A stretch of DNA of 64,000 nucleotides from the human T2T-CHM13v2.0 reference genome, Homo sapiens, in NCBI RefSeq assembly GCF_009914755.1, contig NC_060926.1. One strand, 5' to 3'. The notes under the pieces were generated by a model that saw only the letters and a list, made by a program, of their open reading frames with translations, ran no database searches and was not told the origin of the DNA. Below are positions 26,601 through 44,779 of this stretch, in pieces. The translations under genes and the position numbers were made by a program. The stretch's first letter is position 1. Every line of letters starts with the position of its first letter.

Positions 26601-27954
26601 CCATAAATGTTAGATAGCCTTTTGGACAAAGAAGGAATAGTTATCCTTTGGCAACCCTTCCCTTCTTCTTTTCCTCCCTCCCTTCTGCTTTTCCCTCCTC
26701 CCTCTTTCTTCCCTTTGCAACTGCAGTTAGGACAAGTAAGGCAGATGCAGTGAAAAGATCTAAGGTTTTTTTGTTTTTTTTTTTTCTTTTTCTTCGTGGA
26801 AAAGCCTATTCCTGGTGAATATTTTATCATTCCCTTCAAGGAGACAGTTCAACCTTGGTGAAATTGGCTTATACTTGAGATGAATAGATGTCTTTTAGGT
26901 CCCATCAGCTCTCTTTCTTCATTGCCCAATTCTCAAAGGTGACTGAGGTATGCACAGAGTATTCCATGACCTCAGAACTTTCGCATTAACACGCTTGGCT
27001 AACAAGCTTTTTCTTGGCCTGTGTGTGTTGGCTTATCTCCATTTTTGAATAGAGGAGTAATTAATTTTCAAGCGTTCTTGATTCAGTCACAGAGCTAATG
27101 ATGTTGAGCATAAAAATACTTCTTCTAAAATGAAATTTATGCCAGTTCACTTCTGTCCAGCAGTTCTTCACTATCAAGCTTCTTTTTTCAGCTTGTTTCA
27201 AATTAAGCCTTTTAAACTCTCCTTGTCCTCATTTGAGCCTGTTTTAGAGGAGCAGTCTTGGAGCAACATTGTCATAGTGACCCTCACTTATCTTACCAAT
27301 TCAGTTCAAAGCTTCTAATTTAGTGGACTCTGTTTATGAGTATTTGTATACATTAGCATAATGTTCTCGGTGACTCCTTGGCCCTTAACTTTTCCTCTGA
27401 AAATTTAAGTACCTCTTTCTTGAGATTTCTGTAGACCAGTATCTGGGCATTTGTAATGGTCCTTTAAAATTAAAGTACAATTCATATATTAACATTAAAT
27501 AAGTGGCTGGCACACTAATCCCATTGTCTTTTTACTTGAGAAGAGAGAATAATAGTGAAAAAATAAAGTAACAAATATAAAGACATCGAATATGCCTGCC
27601 TACATATTTGCTTGCTAGCAATATCTTCAGTGCAATAGAATCACATGCTCATGCAGCAGGGAAGTGGGACAAAAGGAGGGATTCCTTCTGTTCCTTTCTT
27701 TGTACCAAAACTTTAGGTCAAGTGTTTTTTCCAATTACTCTTTTAATTGTAATTATTTACATTCAAATGTTGATTACCAATGCTAAGGGTGGCAGATTAT
27801 TTAGGAGTGTCCCTAATCCAAAATTGACTTCAATTTAGCTTTGAAATGCACTTTGGTGCTTTAATTTTAAGATGGGATCATGAAGATTCATAATATTTCA
27901 CACAACATGTGGTATCTATTTCAATTACTTAAGGAAGTAAGTAAGCTGAAAAGC

Positions 27955-28165
27955 GGGTAGTAATGTGTTCAGAGTGTGGACAGCATCAGACATACCAGAA
28001 TTCTCATCAAGACTATGCCATTGTAGAAAAAAAAGTGACCTCAGGAATGGTGATAGTACTTATCTCATCAGATATTTGAAAGGATTAAAAGAGAGAAAAG
28101 CATGTAATCACTTAGCAAGGGGCTCAGTACATGATAAGCTTCCAATGTGAATTATTATTATTGTA
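27955..28165 (+). mobile_element. MIR
   Basis: aatggtgatagtacttatctcat...aggattaaa...catgtaatcacttagca. Confidence 0.7.
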
Positions 28166-28490
28166 CTATTTGAATGCATCAACTATTGGATGTATGTATT
28201 GGATTTTTGAAATGTCAGACAAGGTTTCATGTCAAAATCTTTTAAAAATGTATTATCATAGGCTTTGGAAAATATGTTATCAAGGATAAGAAACCAGACG
28301 AATGCCAGTAAATGTAAACTAAGAACTACATAAGTACTTCTCTGGATCAGCAAGGCCAAATGTGAGGTCGTGTAGGAGCTGGTGCTGGGCCTATACATTT
28401 TTATGTCTTTTATAATTGTTTTGAAGGCAGGAGAACAGAAGTTGCCAACTTTGCAAAAATACTCAAGAAACTCTAGGAATGTCTAGTAGC

Positions 28491-28492
<2 letters not shown>

Positions 28493-28521
<29 letters not shown>
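28493..28521. repeat. Poly(T)29
   Basis: Read directly. Confidence 0.95.
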
Positions 28522-28525
<4 letters not shown>

Positions 28526-29362
28526 AGCTAACATAAGGATCTGTTCTGGAGTGTTTCAAAATGAGGCAGATGAGCTTCAATGTGGCAAATACAAATAATG
28601 CATTTTTTATAACATGTATGAAAGGTGAGCTAACAGCTTTGGTGCAGGCCAACCAGACTGGTTGCTGTCTTCCTTAAAGCTGCCAAAAAGGCCTAGGAAA
28701 GGCTGGGCAAGAGATGGAGGGAGGCTCCTCAATGCAGAGTTTCCCCCCCTCCTATGTAATCACTGCACATTGTGAACTTAGGAAAAACATAATGAATGTG
28801 GACCCAGTCCAAAGAAGGCAGCAAAACTGATCAGGAAGCCGGAAGAACATGTATAAAAAGAAACTCCAATGCTGGCGTTTCATCAGCAGCGTCTGAAACC
28901 TTAGAAATGTTGAAGCTGGGAATATTCAGAGAGAATATACCAAACACATTAACACAATTATTAAATATGAAAATGAATTTGTTGATTAAATTTTGGCCTA
29001 TTAAGATAGGTGGGATACTCCTCAAGGTTTAAAAGAGATTGTTAGTACATATGAAAAAAAGAAATAGTTTCAGAGCAATAATGAATATATGAAACTTATC
29101 AAATCAAATAAATAAAAATAATGTAACTTAAAGATGGTAATAATGAATTATTAGATTAGAGCTTCAGATCATGTTATTTGGACAAAAGAAGGAAGTTTAA
29201 CTTAATGATAATGCCCCAGTTGGCAACTTCAACACATGGTTTCATTTTCTTCGTTTCATTATAGGAAAATTAGATTGAATTGTTCATCAGTCCTATACAG
29301 TAAGGCAATGTCTCCTTTTTTTAATGTGTTAGTCAATTTGATAAATGTATTGTATTCTTTTA

Positions 29363-29880
29363 TGAGATGGTCAGTCGGGTGTGGCCATAAGAAGAGATAT
29401 AGGAGAAGCTCAGGAAAACAAAGTCTGTTATGCTTACAGATCCTGAAGACAAGAGGAACGTCATGCCACACCACACAAGGCCACGTGAGAAAGACACCAG
29501 GTGGTCAGAAGGAAGAAGAGTTTAGGCCACTGCCTTTATTGTGGTTCCCCAGAAAAAGGCAAGGCAGGGCCAGGTAAATAGTTTTGGACTGGCTAGCTTG
29601 AATAATTTCCTCAGGCTTTGGACTTAGGTGTGGTGCCTAGTTATCTGGCACCTGGCCTGGGGATGATCAGACAAAAGAATATTACCCGCTGGGGTGTATG
29701 GCCAGATAGAGGAGGTGTGGCTCCGGATTGGTTAGTTTGCACATATATGTGACACAGGCTGGGCCCTTTGCTACCTGTAAGAACTGACCAGCCCCAAGAA
29801 GGGCAGCTTCTCACTAGCCAGGAAGATTTTTTAAGATGTCAAAACATAAAATACAGAAAATTAAAAAAGAAATTTGCAAT
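29363..29880 (-). mobile_element. ERVL solo LTR (MER74/MER76-group-like)
   Basis: ggattggttagtttgc, gggcag, aagatgtcaaaacataaaatacagaaaatt are typical of this LTR group; exact family uncertain. Confidence 0.6.
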
Positions 29881-29904
29881 AAGGTAAAAAATCTATTTTG
29901 ATAA

Positions 29905-30453
29905 AAATTTTAATTGAAATATAATATGCATATAGAAATATGCACGAATCAAAGTGTTTGATGAATTAGCACAAAGTTAACACACTCACATACTACCATC
30001 TAGATCAGGAAATTGAACATTCCCAGCATCCCAAAACGTCACTGACACCTTCCCAATCCCTATACCCTTCTTCCCCCTGCCCTTTCCCCAGCCAAAGGTG
30101 ACCACTGTCATAACCTCCCATACCATAGATTAAGCTGCCCTATTTTTGAGCTTCTTACAAAAGCAATTATATGGTATATATTCTTTATTTGTCTGACTTT
30201 ATTCAAAATTATGTTTGGGAGATTCATTTATATTGTATACTGTGGTAGTTTATTCATTTTTATTGCTGGTTATTATTCCTTTATATGAATATACCATAAT
30301 TTATCCATTCCAATAGTGGACATTTGGGTCATTTCCACCTTGGGGCCATTAGGAACGAAGCTACCATTGCTATCTTGTATGTGTGTTTTGGTGCACATTT
30401 AAAGACTGTCGAGTATACACCTAGGAGATGGATTCAGAGAGCACAGGGTATGC
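29905..30453 (-). mobile_element. Old L1M (MC/ME) 3' end
   Basis: ttaattgaaatataatatgcatatagaaa...ataccataatttatccattc...ggacatttgggtcatttcca. Confidence 0.8.
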
Positions 30454-31194
30454 CTGTAATGAACAAATTTTGGAAAAAAGATAGAAAAATTCTGCAAGTT
30501 CCTTTCTCTACATCAACTCCTCAATGTTTTCTGCATGTTGGAAACTATCTTTTCTGCCAAACGAAGCAAGGAACTGACCTTTACTTCTGGGTCAATACTA
30601 AAAGGAGAAACACGCATTCTGAAGCTGCTGGGTGTCATGGCTTATTGGGCAGTTTCAGACCCTTAGAATTTAGTAACTCTGTGAATCTCCATGAAAGGTG
30701 CTGCTTTCATGGCACCTGCCTTCCTCAGGCTGCAGAATTTGCTTTCACATGTGGATAAAGCTTCTTCGCATTAACAACTCTGTAACATCTGGAAGTGGAC
30801 TTTGATATTTTCCTTTGCTAATAGATACTGTCTAATGAAGGATGAATTGCAACCTGACGTTTTCTGAGACTTCAGGTGGGGCTGCCTGGTACATTGCTTT
30901 ATTAATGTTAGATGATTGGAATTTTTGGATCTGCACCTAGGGGACACTCAAGGGTTTAGAGTAGAAGGTATGGGTGCTATCCTTTCACTGACTGTTTGAA
31001 TGCAAACAAAGTGCTGCTTTTGTAAAACATTTAACATCCCAAAGAAAGGATTCAGTCAGCACCCCTTCATTGAGTACGTCTGATTCCCGCAAGATTGATA
31101 TGACTTGCGTATTCCGCAGAGACCTCATTTAGCCTTTACATTGTATTTGGTTACGTATGGAAACATAGTGCCAAACTTAATTTCGTATCTGCAA

Positions 31195-31395
31195 TTTTTG
31201 AGCACTTGCTGAGTGTTTTATGTGTATGACCTCATTGGCTTTTCCAAACAACCCTATGAGTAAGATGCTACTATTTTCTTATAAATGGAACAATGAAGAC
31301 TTATAACAGTGAAGTACCAATGGTAAGTTAAGTGGCCCTCATTGGAGGCAGATTCAGAACTCAAATGCAAGTTTTCATGAATTCTACTACTGAAA
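31195..31395 (-). mobile_element. MIR
   Basis: ctcatt...aacaaccctatgagtaagatgctactatt. Confidence 0.6.
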
Positions 31396-32062
31396 TTGTG
31401 GGCCATTTTGTATACATTCTCCTTGCTCCCTACTGGACTGTTTTGGTCTTTGATTTGTGATCAATCTAGTGTTACTTCTTGGTTAGTAAGTTGGCAGGCT
31501 TCAGGTCTCTGTCCTGTAGGAGTATTTTCATCATTACTGTCTTCCTTCAGTTATGGCCTCAGAATTCTCTCAGCCAAGGAGGTGGGTACTGTCTCTGCTC
31601 CCAAGCCCATTAGATTATATTCTGGCACTTTTGCGCAAGGGTATACCCAGCACATAGATTTTCCTCTAAAGCTTTCTGTTTATTGGTTGATATTTGAATA
31701 CCAATGCTCGTTCAGGAACCATGCTGCAAACTATGGCATGTTGATGGTTTGCAATGCCATAGTTATTTTACATGGCATGTTAATACCTGAGAATGGTGTA
31801 TAATGTTAAATGGAAAAGACAGAATATAAAGTGGCATGCTACAGCTAATTCTAATTAAAGATTTGTGCCTGTACATTAATAAAGACTGGAAGATAGTTTT
31901 CATAAGGCTGGTATTAATCATTTACTATAGTCTTCATTGTGTGCTAAGTTGCTTAAGTTAAAAGAACTAATAAATAATAGACTGATTTGGAAAAGTGATG
32001 TAAAAATAATTGAAAGAGAACATAAACCAAGGATCATAAGTGGTAATTATACTAATTCCTTC

Positions 32063-32608
<546 letters not shown>

Positions 32609-32874
32609 TAGCAGTAAACTTATATGCCATATGATAGCCATTAAAATTTAAAACCAAATCAGCATTTGCAAACCACATCTTCAAAGCCATCTTCATCTAA
32701 GAAATTCTGGCCAGTTACACACCTCTAACCAAACCTCAATCCAATAAATTACTTAAGCTGTGAAGAAGAAAAAATATAATGTGACCTAAATCCAATCTTC
32801 CTTAATCCATTCTTTTGGGCAATAAAATAAATTCTCAAGTGTATGGTAGGTTTCACTTTCTTCCCTTTAAAAAC

Positions 32875-33651
32875 TTTTTAAATTTTTTAAAAATTGTGGT
32901 AAAATCCAAGTAACATAAAAATTTTCCTTCTTACCAATTTTTAAGCGTATAATCTAATGATACATTAAGTGCATTCACATTGTTGTGCCACCAATGTCTA
33001 GAACTCTCTTCATCTTTAAAAGGGGAAGTTGGTACCCATTAAATCACTACTGCCCATTTGTTTTCCCTTCCCTGCAGGCCCTTGCAACTACCATTCTTTC
33101 TGTCTCTATGACTTTGACTACCCTAGGTGCCTAATATAAGTGAAATCATATGCTATTTTTCTTTTGTGACTAGCTTATTTCATTTAGCATAATGTCCTCA
33201 TGTTTAATCCATTGTATCATGTATCAGGATTGCCTTCCTTTTTAAGGCTACACAATATGCCATTGTATGCATGTACCATATTTTGTTTATTCATTCATCT
33301 GTTGATGGACATTTGCATTGCTTCCACCTTTTGGGCATTCTGACTAATGCTGCTATGAACATGAATATACAAATATCTTTTTGAGATCCTGCTTTCAACT
33401 CTTTGGGGGTGTATATGCAGAAGTGCAATTGCCAGATCATGTGGTCATTCTATTTTCAGTTTTTGGAGGAACTGCTATATATACAGTTTTTCATAGTGCC
33501 TGCACCATTTCCACCGACAGGAAATGAGGTTTCCAATCTTTTCTTATCCTTGCCAACATTTGTTATTTTGTATATTTTTATAGTGATCATCCTATGGCTA
33601 TGAGGTGATATTTCATTTGCTTTTGATTTGCATTTTCCTAATGATTAGTGA
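32875..33651 (-). mobile_element. L1MB-like 3' end (left half of the L1PA7 host)
   Basis: attgtggtaaaa...cattcacattgttgtgc...gatttgcattttcctaatgattagtga. Confidence 0.85.
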
Positions 33652-33906
33652 TTTTTTTTGCAAGTGGTAAAACTATTTGAAATCTTTTTCTTTTTTTTTT
33701 AAATTATACTTTAAGTTCTGGGATACATGTGCAGAATGTGCAGGTTTGTTCCATAGGTATATGTGCACCATGCTGGTTTGCTGCACCCATCAACCCATCA
33801 TCTACATTAGGTATTTCTCCTAATGCTATCCCTCCCCTTGTCTCCCACCCTCTGACAGGCCCCAGTGTGTGATGTTCCCCTCCCTGTGCCCATATGTTCT
33901 CATTGT

Positions 33907-38098
<4,192 letters not shown>

Positions 38099-38161
38099 TA
38101 TGATGGTAGCTGGTTATTTTGCGCATTAGTTGATGCAGTTTCTTCATCGTGTTGAAGGTCT

Positions 38162-39154
38162 TTACATTTTGATTTGTTTTGCCGTGGCTGGTACCAGTTT
38201 TTCCCTTCCATATTTAGTGCTTCTTTCAGGAGTTTTGTAAGGCAGGCCTGGTAGTGACAAAATCCCTCAGCATCTGCTTTTCTGGAAATGATTTTATTTC
38301 TCCTTCACTTATGAAGCTTAGTTTGGCTGGATATGAAATTCTGGGTTGAAAATTCTTTTCTTTAAGAATACTGAATGTTGGCCCCCACTCTCTTCTGATT
38401 TGTAGGGTTTCTGCAGAGAGGTAAACTGACCTTTCTATCTGGCTGCCCTTAACATTTTTTCCTTCATTTCAACCTTAGTGAATCTGACGATTATGTGTCT
38501 TGTGGTTGCCCTTCTCGAGGAGTATCTTTGTGGTGTTCTCTGTAGTTCCTGAATTGGAATGTTGGCCTATCTTGCTAGGTTGGGGAAGTTCTCCTGGATA
38601 ATATCCTGAAGTGTGTTTTCCAACTTGCTTCCATTCTCCCTGCCATTTTCAGGTACACCAATCAAATGTAGGTTTGGTCATTTCACATAGTCCCATATTT
38701 CTTGGAGGCTTTGTTTGTTTCTTTTCATTCTTTTTTCTCTAATCTTTTCTTCATGCTTTATTTCATTAATTTAATCTTCAGTTTCTGATATCCTTACTTC
38801 TGCTTGATCGATTTGGCTATTGATACTTGTGTATGCTTCCAACGTTCTCGTGCTGTGTTTTTCAGCTCCATCAGGTCACTTATGTTCTTCTCTAAACTGG
38901 TTATTTGAATTAGCAATTCCTCTAACCTTTTATCAAAGTTCTTAGCTTCCTTGCATTGGGTTAGAACATGCTCCTTTAGCTCAGAGGAGTTTGTTATTAC
39001 CCACCTTCTGAAACCTACTTCTGTCAATTCATCAAACTCATTCTCTGTACAGTTTTGTTCCCTTGTTGGTGAGGAGTTGTGATCCTTTGGAGGAGAAGAG
39101 GCATTCTGGCTTTTGGAATTTTCAGCCTTTTTGTGCTTTTTTTTTTTTTTCCAT
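38162..39154 (-). pseudogene. Disrupted L1 ORF1
   Basis: ORF1 coiled-coil peptide TEVGFRRWVITNSSELKEHVLTQCKEAKN (38794-39027); ATG at 39154. Confidence 0.85.
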
Positions 39155-40489
39155 CTTGGTGGATTTATCTACCTTTGGTCTTTGCTGTCAGTGACCTTTG
39201 CATTGAGTTTTTGTGTGGTTATCCTTTTTGTTAATGTTGATGCTACTGCTTTCTGTTGGCTAGTTTTTCTTCTAACTGTCCGGCACCTCTTTTGCAGGTC
39301 TGCTGGAGTTTTCTGGGGGTCCACTCCAGACCCTGTTTGCCTGGTTATCACCAGTGGAGGTTGCAGAACAGCAAAGATTGCTGCCTGCTCCTTCCTCTGG
39401 AAGATTCATCCCAGAGAGGCACCAGCCAGAGGCCATTCGGAGCTGTCCTGTATGAGGTGTCTGTCGACCTCTGCTGGGAGGTGTCTCCCAGTCAGGAGGC
39501 ATGGGGGTCAGGGACCCACTTGAGGAGGCAGTCTGTCCCTTAGCAGAGCTTGAGTGCTGTGCTGGGAGATCTACTGCTATCTTCAGAGCTGGCAGGCAGG
39601 AATGTTTAAGTCTGCTGAAGCTGTGCCCACAGCCACCCCTTCCCCCAGGTGCTCTGTCTCAGGGGGATGGGAGTTTTATCTATTAGCCCCTGACTGGGGC
39701 TGCTGCTTTTTTTTTCAGAGATCCCTTGCCCAGAGAGGAGGAATCTAGAGAAGCAGTCTGGCTACAGGGGCTTTAGGGGGCTGTGGTGGGCTCCACCCAG
39801 TCTGAATTTCCAGGAGGCTTTGTTTACACTGTGAGGGGAAAACCACCTACTCAAGTCTCAGTAATGGCAGATGTCCCTCCCCTTACCAAACTTGAGAGTC
39901 CCAGGTTGACTTCAGACTGCTGTGCTGTCAGTGAAAATTTCAAGCCAGTGGATCTTAGCTAGCTAGGTTCTGTGGGGGTGGGATCTGCTGAGCAAGACTA
40001 CTTGGCTCCCTGGCTTCAGCCCCCTTTCCAGGGGAGTGAACAGTTCTGTCTCACTGACATTCCAGGCGCCACTGGTATACAAAAAAACCCTGCAGCTAGC
40101 TCGGTGTCTGCCTGAACAGCCACCCCGTTTTGTGCTTGAAACCCAGGACCCTGGTGGTGTAGGCACCCGAGGGAATCTCCTGGTCTGTGGGTTGCGAAGA
40201 CCTTGGGAAAAGTGTAGTATTTGGGCCAGAAAGCACCATCCCTATGGCAGAGTCCCTCATGGCTTCCCTTGGCTAGGGGAGGGAGTTCCCCAACCTCTTG
40301 TACTTCCTGAGTGAGGTGATGCCCCACCCTGCTTCTGCTCACTCTCCATGGGCTGTACCCAGTGTCTAGCCAGTCCCAGTGAGATGAACCGGGTACCTCA
40401 GTTAGAAATGCAGAAATCACCCACCTTCTGTGTTGGTCTCGCTGGGAGCTACAGACTAAAGCTGTTCCTATTTGGCCATCTTGCCCAGG

Positions 40490-40765
40490 AATAGTTAGTG
40501 ACGATAAGCATCTTTTCATGTGCTTGTTGGTCATTTGTATATATTTTTGGAGAAACATCTATTCACATTCTTTGCTCATTTTTTAGTCTAGTTGGGTTTT
40601 TTGTTATTGAGTTATAGGGGTTCTTTATATATTCTGGGTATGAATCCCTTATCAGAATATACAATTTGCAAATATTTTCTCCCATTTCATAAGTTGCCTT
40701 TTCACTCTGTTGATTGTGTCCTTTGATGCTCTGAAGTTTTAAGTTTTGATGTGGTTACATTTTTC
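40490..40765 (-). mobile_element. L1MB-like host, right half
   Basis: agcatcttttcatgtgcttgttggtcatttgtat continues the L1 sequence interrupted at 33651. Confidence 0.85.
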
Positions 40766-40771
40766 TTCGCT

Positions 40772-40915
40772 AGTTTTTGGCTTACATTCCCTTTGAGAAA
40801 TTAATAAAATAAATAGACCATCTCCCAAGAAAAATAAAACAGATACATTTGAATGAAATCTCATATGCTAGCTCATGATGTTTTCTGATTCCCTGGCATC
40901 TATCCAGCGGGCTCT
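40772..40915. mobile_element. MER103-like hAT fragment
   Basis: ccctttgagaaattaataaaa...gaccatctcccaagaaaaat. Confidence 0.5.
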
Positions 40916-41249
40916 AGGGAAGTTTTTGTTGTTTGTCTGCTGAGTTTACAATGACTTGGCTGGAGTTAGGCACAGATGCTGGGTGCTGGAGAGACAGCAC
41001 CTATTCTTCTGTGCTCTGAATCCAGACCTGCTTGATTCCAGACTCTGCCCTTGTATTTCCTCTAGTGGAGAAAAGGTAGGTCTGCAGTTCTTGTAATGAC
41101 AGGAATTGAACTAGAGTGGCAAAAAGGAAGGTGTAGATTTGTGTAGGTGGTGGCTGAGTATGTGTGTGGGTGTGGAGTGGGAGTGTTAGAGGAGTGGAGG
41201 TAGGCAGGAATGGTATTGCCTGTTAGGAAAGTGGCTGTTCCTAAGGAGT

Positions 41250-41595
41250 GGTGTTAAGGTCAAGGTCCAACCAGAATAATGGAAACCATTGTGAGCACTT
41301 AAAACAGAGGGAATTTGATTCAGGGGATTGATTTCACAAAAGATGGAAGAGGCTGAAAAACCAACCAGGGAGTGGACTGCCAAGCCAGAGTTCTGTCTAA
41401 AGCAGAAGAGTAGAGGGGAAAGAGTCCAAAGCAGATAGGAAAGGGGAGAAACATACTGGCATCTCCTTCCTCCAGACAGTAGTGTCTTCTATTGGCCAAC
41501 CCAGCCAGAAGCCAACTGACCTGGGAACCAGGGAAACAGAACAGAGTGGGGAAAGGGCAAGGAATCAATCTAAGGCAAACAGAACCAGAATGGCA
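41250..41595 (-). mobile_element. LTR33-like ERVL LTR
   Basis: aaacagagggaatttgattcaggggattg and attggccaacccagccagaagcca match LTR33 motifs. Confidence 0.6.
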
Positions 41596-44500
41596 ACGTG
41601 TACTCGGTACCGCTGTGCTATGGGATACCAACAATACTCTCCTGCTTTATTTGGAGGATCCTACCTGTTTTTGTGCATGCCATCTGCTGGCCTTGGCAGT
41701 ATCTCTTGAAATCTGCTGACTAAGCTTTATGGCTTAGGCTGCTATCAGTTGGAAGGGATATGACTGTCCTCCTTAGGTTCCACCAAGGCTGTGAAAATTT
41801 GGAACTAGGGTAGATAGGGCAGCTGGAAGACAAAGGAGTGGTAAGCAGCCGAATGGCCAAACTCATGACCTTGGCTGAACAATGCAATTAAGTGATTTAT
41901 GGGAATAAGTCTGGCCAGTTAGTTTAAGAAGGTTAAGAAAAGGATGCCTTTCATAATGCACCCAAGGAAGCCAAGGTGGGGAATCTTAAAACTAGTAATT
42001 TTGAAATGACGCCTTCCTCTTTTGCACACAATGAAAACAAAGGCTTATTTTTCACTTTACTTTCTTGTGTGTATGTTTTCTTACATATAGCCCTTAAGTG
42101 GAGTGAGACACAATGGCTTACAAAAAACACTTCAAAAATAAATGTACTTTAGTACATTTTAGAGAATGGAGAGAAGTGATAAGATGGGAAATGGAAGAGA
42201 AAGGGAAAACAGCCAAGAAAAGGAGCAAAGAGAGCAACATAAAAGTATATTTTTTTAAAGGAAAGAGGTAACGGGAGAGTCAAGGTATTACATGGAAGAT
42301 AAATATGGAGAAAAATGAGAGAGTCGAGAGAAAGGGGGAGATGGGTTACAGAGAAGCAGAGGCATTTTGAAGGAATCTTTAGTTGTGGTTCACTATCAGG
42401 TACATTAAACAAGGCATTTAAAGTTTTGATTCTGTGGATATTCAAATTTCACAAGTCTAGCTCTCTTCTGTAATCTGTGAGCCACTTGCTTCTTAGATTC
42501 AGCCGGGATGAAGTGGTATAGTTGTAGCAGCTGCTGTAATATTGAGTTCTTAGATGGTCTTAGCCCAGAGGTACACGTGCCCACCCAGCCCTTTTTGCTC
42601 CTGATGTCTCAGCCCCTTCTCAGGAACCAAACTCCTCACTGTCAATGACCAAAGGGTTAATCCCTGGACCAGCAGAGTATTCAGATCCCTGCTTCAGGGA
42701 TCCATGATGATTGGTTGGCAAACATTTTGAATGTCACCCCTGTGTTAATGGGGTTGTCACTACACCCAGCACTGAAGGATTATTCTCTAGGTTTCAGCTG
42801 TACTGATAAAAATTTTGTCATCTGGTTGGCTGGAAGAAATGAGGACAAGGATTAGATGTGGTTTGAAGGCCAGCCTTCCTGACTCTAGCTTAAATGAAAG
42901 AGAAAAATTAACTCAATGATGCAGATATTTCCCAGATGTCAGTATAACTTTGGGATTAGATTGCTATGTGTGTCTGGGGCACCCTGCCTAGTAAGTAGCT
43001 AAGGTGAAAAATAATACTTCAGTTGAGCATAGAACTTTGGCAGTGTCGTATCTGAACAACAACTTGACCCCATCTTATGTGGTGATTTGATCTCTTTAAA
43101 AGATTCAAGCTATTGATCAAAACTCTTAAACAGAAATTTGCTCAACAGAGTTCCAAATCTGGGATAAGCATACATTAAGAGTTGGATCACAGGTTGTCGG
43201 TATGCCTTGAAAACCCCATACCAAATTCAGATATGGCTTAGTGTGTGGGGGGTGTGGGGCGGGGGGTGAGGGGGTGCTTGGCCACCAGTTACCTTTTCCC
43301 TCTGCTGCTAGCTGTGTATTATGAGTAAAAACTTACAGTTATTAGTATTTCAGTAGACTCAAACCCCAGCACTTTCATATAGTCACAACTCCCTAGTACT
43401 AGGATGTTTGGGATCTTAAATTTACACTCTCAGTTTTTTATTTATGTATTTTTTTCCCAGAAGTTATCACTTTTTTTACTTGATGCCCCAAATTTACTTT
43501 AAGAGTTTAATTGCTAGTTTTGCTAAGATATTTTATCCTTTCTCTGAGAAGCACCTGGGTTATTTATTTCCTTACTGCTTCCTTTTTCTTCAATGAAATA
43601 TTTTTTCCCTAGTCAAGTAGTTCTGTTTTCTGTCCATGCTGTGATAATGGGAGAGAAATCTTGAACTATGTTCTTTTGAACAGAAGTGACTTTCTTCTGG
43701 GATGTGAGCTACAATTGGCCTTTTCCCTGCAGCATGGGAGCACAAGCCTTAGGACAGCTTTCTCTGGGCGTTCAACATCCTTTCTGGTGAATCCTGGCAG
43801 CAGCAGCAACAGCAGTAGTTTGGGGATATTTCCCACCCACTATTGAGTGGGTTATATTAGCACCAATAAAAAGGAAATTCCAAGAGCACAGTTGGATCAC
43901 ATTGCACCATTTCTTTGTTATTTACTTGACGGCCTTCTCTCTTAATCCTATTGGCCAATCTTCATGAACATTTGCCCAGCCTTCCCTTAGAGAATGAGCT
44001 GTTTGAAAACTCACCTTGTTCTGTTCTTCTGGAAGGGGATTTTTGGGAAGATAAAAATGAGGGACACTAAACTACAAACTTAGCCTCTCTACAAACTGAG
44101 CCTGACACCTGCCTCATGCACTGTTCTTTCTGGCAGGAAATTGAGAAGGCTGTGGTAGCCCGAAAACGGTGAGACACTGAGAGACACTGGGAGACCTCAC
44201 TGTGGAAATGCCTCTGACTGTGTTTAGCTGTGCAGGTCACAGATTAGCAGGTTGCAGTGGTTTCTAGGAGGCCTGGGCTTTCTGCAGAGGAGGCCCTGCT
44301 GAGAGAACAGCTGAAGTTTGCCCCCAAGATCAGAGAGCAAGCTTGTTTAGGTTAAGGCTTCAAAGTACCAGCTTTTATTACATTTTAATGATCAGAGTCA
44401 TATTTTATTCATAGGGCTCAAGCTGAGCACCCCGGAGTTAGTAAAGCACAAGGTTTCTATTTCATACTCAGGCCAGTCTACGAAAAAGTTTGAAATAGAA

Positions 44501-44658
44501 GGAAGCTTGGGGATTTGGCCTCATTATTTAAAAATGAACATAAAGGATTTGCTGAACACTGACAATAAAATATCCAGGATAACAGACTTATTATGTAGCT
44601 TTCCATGGTTTATGTTGAAGACGTAAATAAGTCACATCTTGTTTGCTAGAGAACTAAC

Positions 44659-44779
44659 CTTTCATTAACTTGTATTTCCACACCTTCACAATACACCTCT
44701 AGCAGAAATGCAACTCTTGCTGGAATTCCTCTCCAAGTATGAAAATTTGAGAACATTCTCTGTGTTTTACTTTTGCTTT
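44659..44779 (-). other. Candidate 121-nt exon
   Basis: Minus-strand acceptor: long pyrimidine tract ending ttttcag|A; donor AAG|gttagt. Confidence 0.35.

Noticed and set aside
28486-28530. Poly(T)29 as a poly(A)-only retro-insertion with agcta TSD
   Set aside because: A 5-bp match is too short to distinguish from chance; slippage is sufficient
30324-31803. 144-aa and 135-aa ORFs
   Set aside because: Non-ATG starts; the first begins in L1M sequence; no recognisable homology
40016-40558. Longest ORF in the track (180 aa)
   Set aside because: Chance read-through from the host L1MB into the L1PA7 5'UTR
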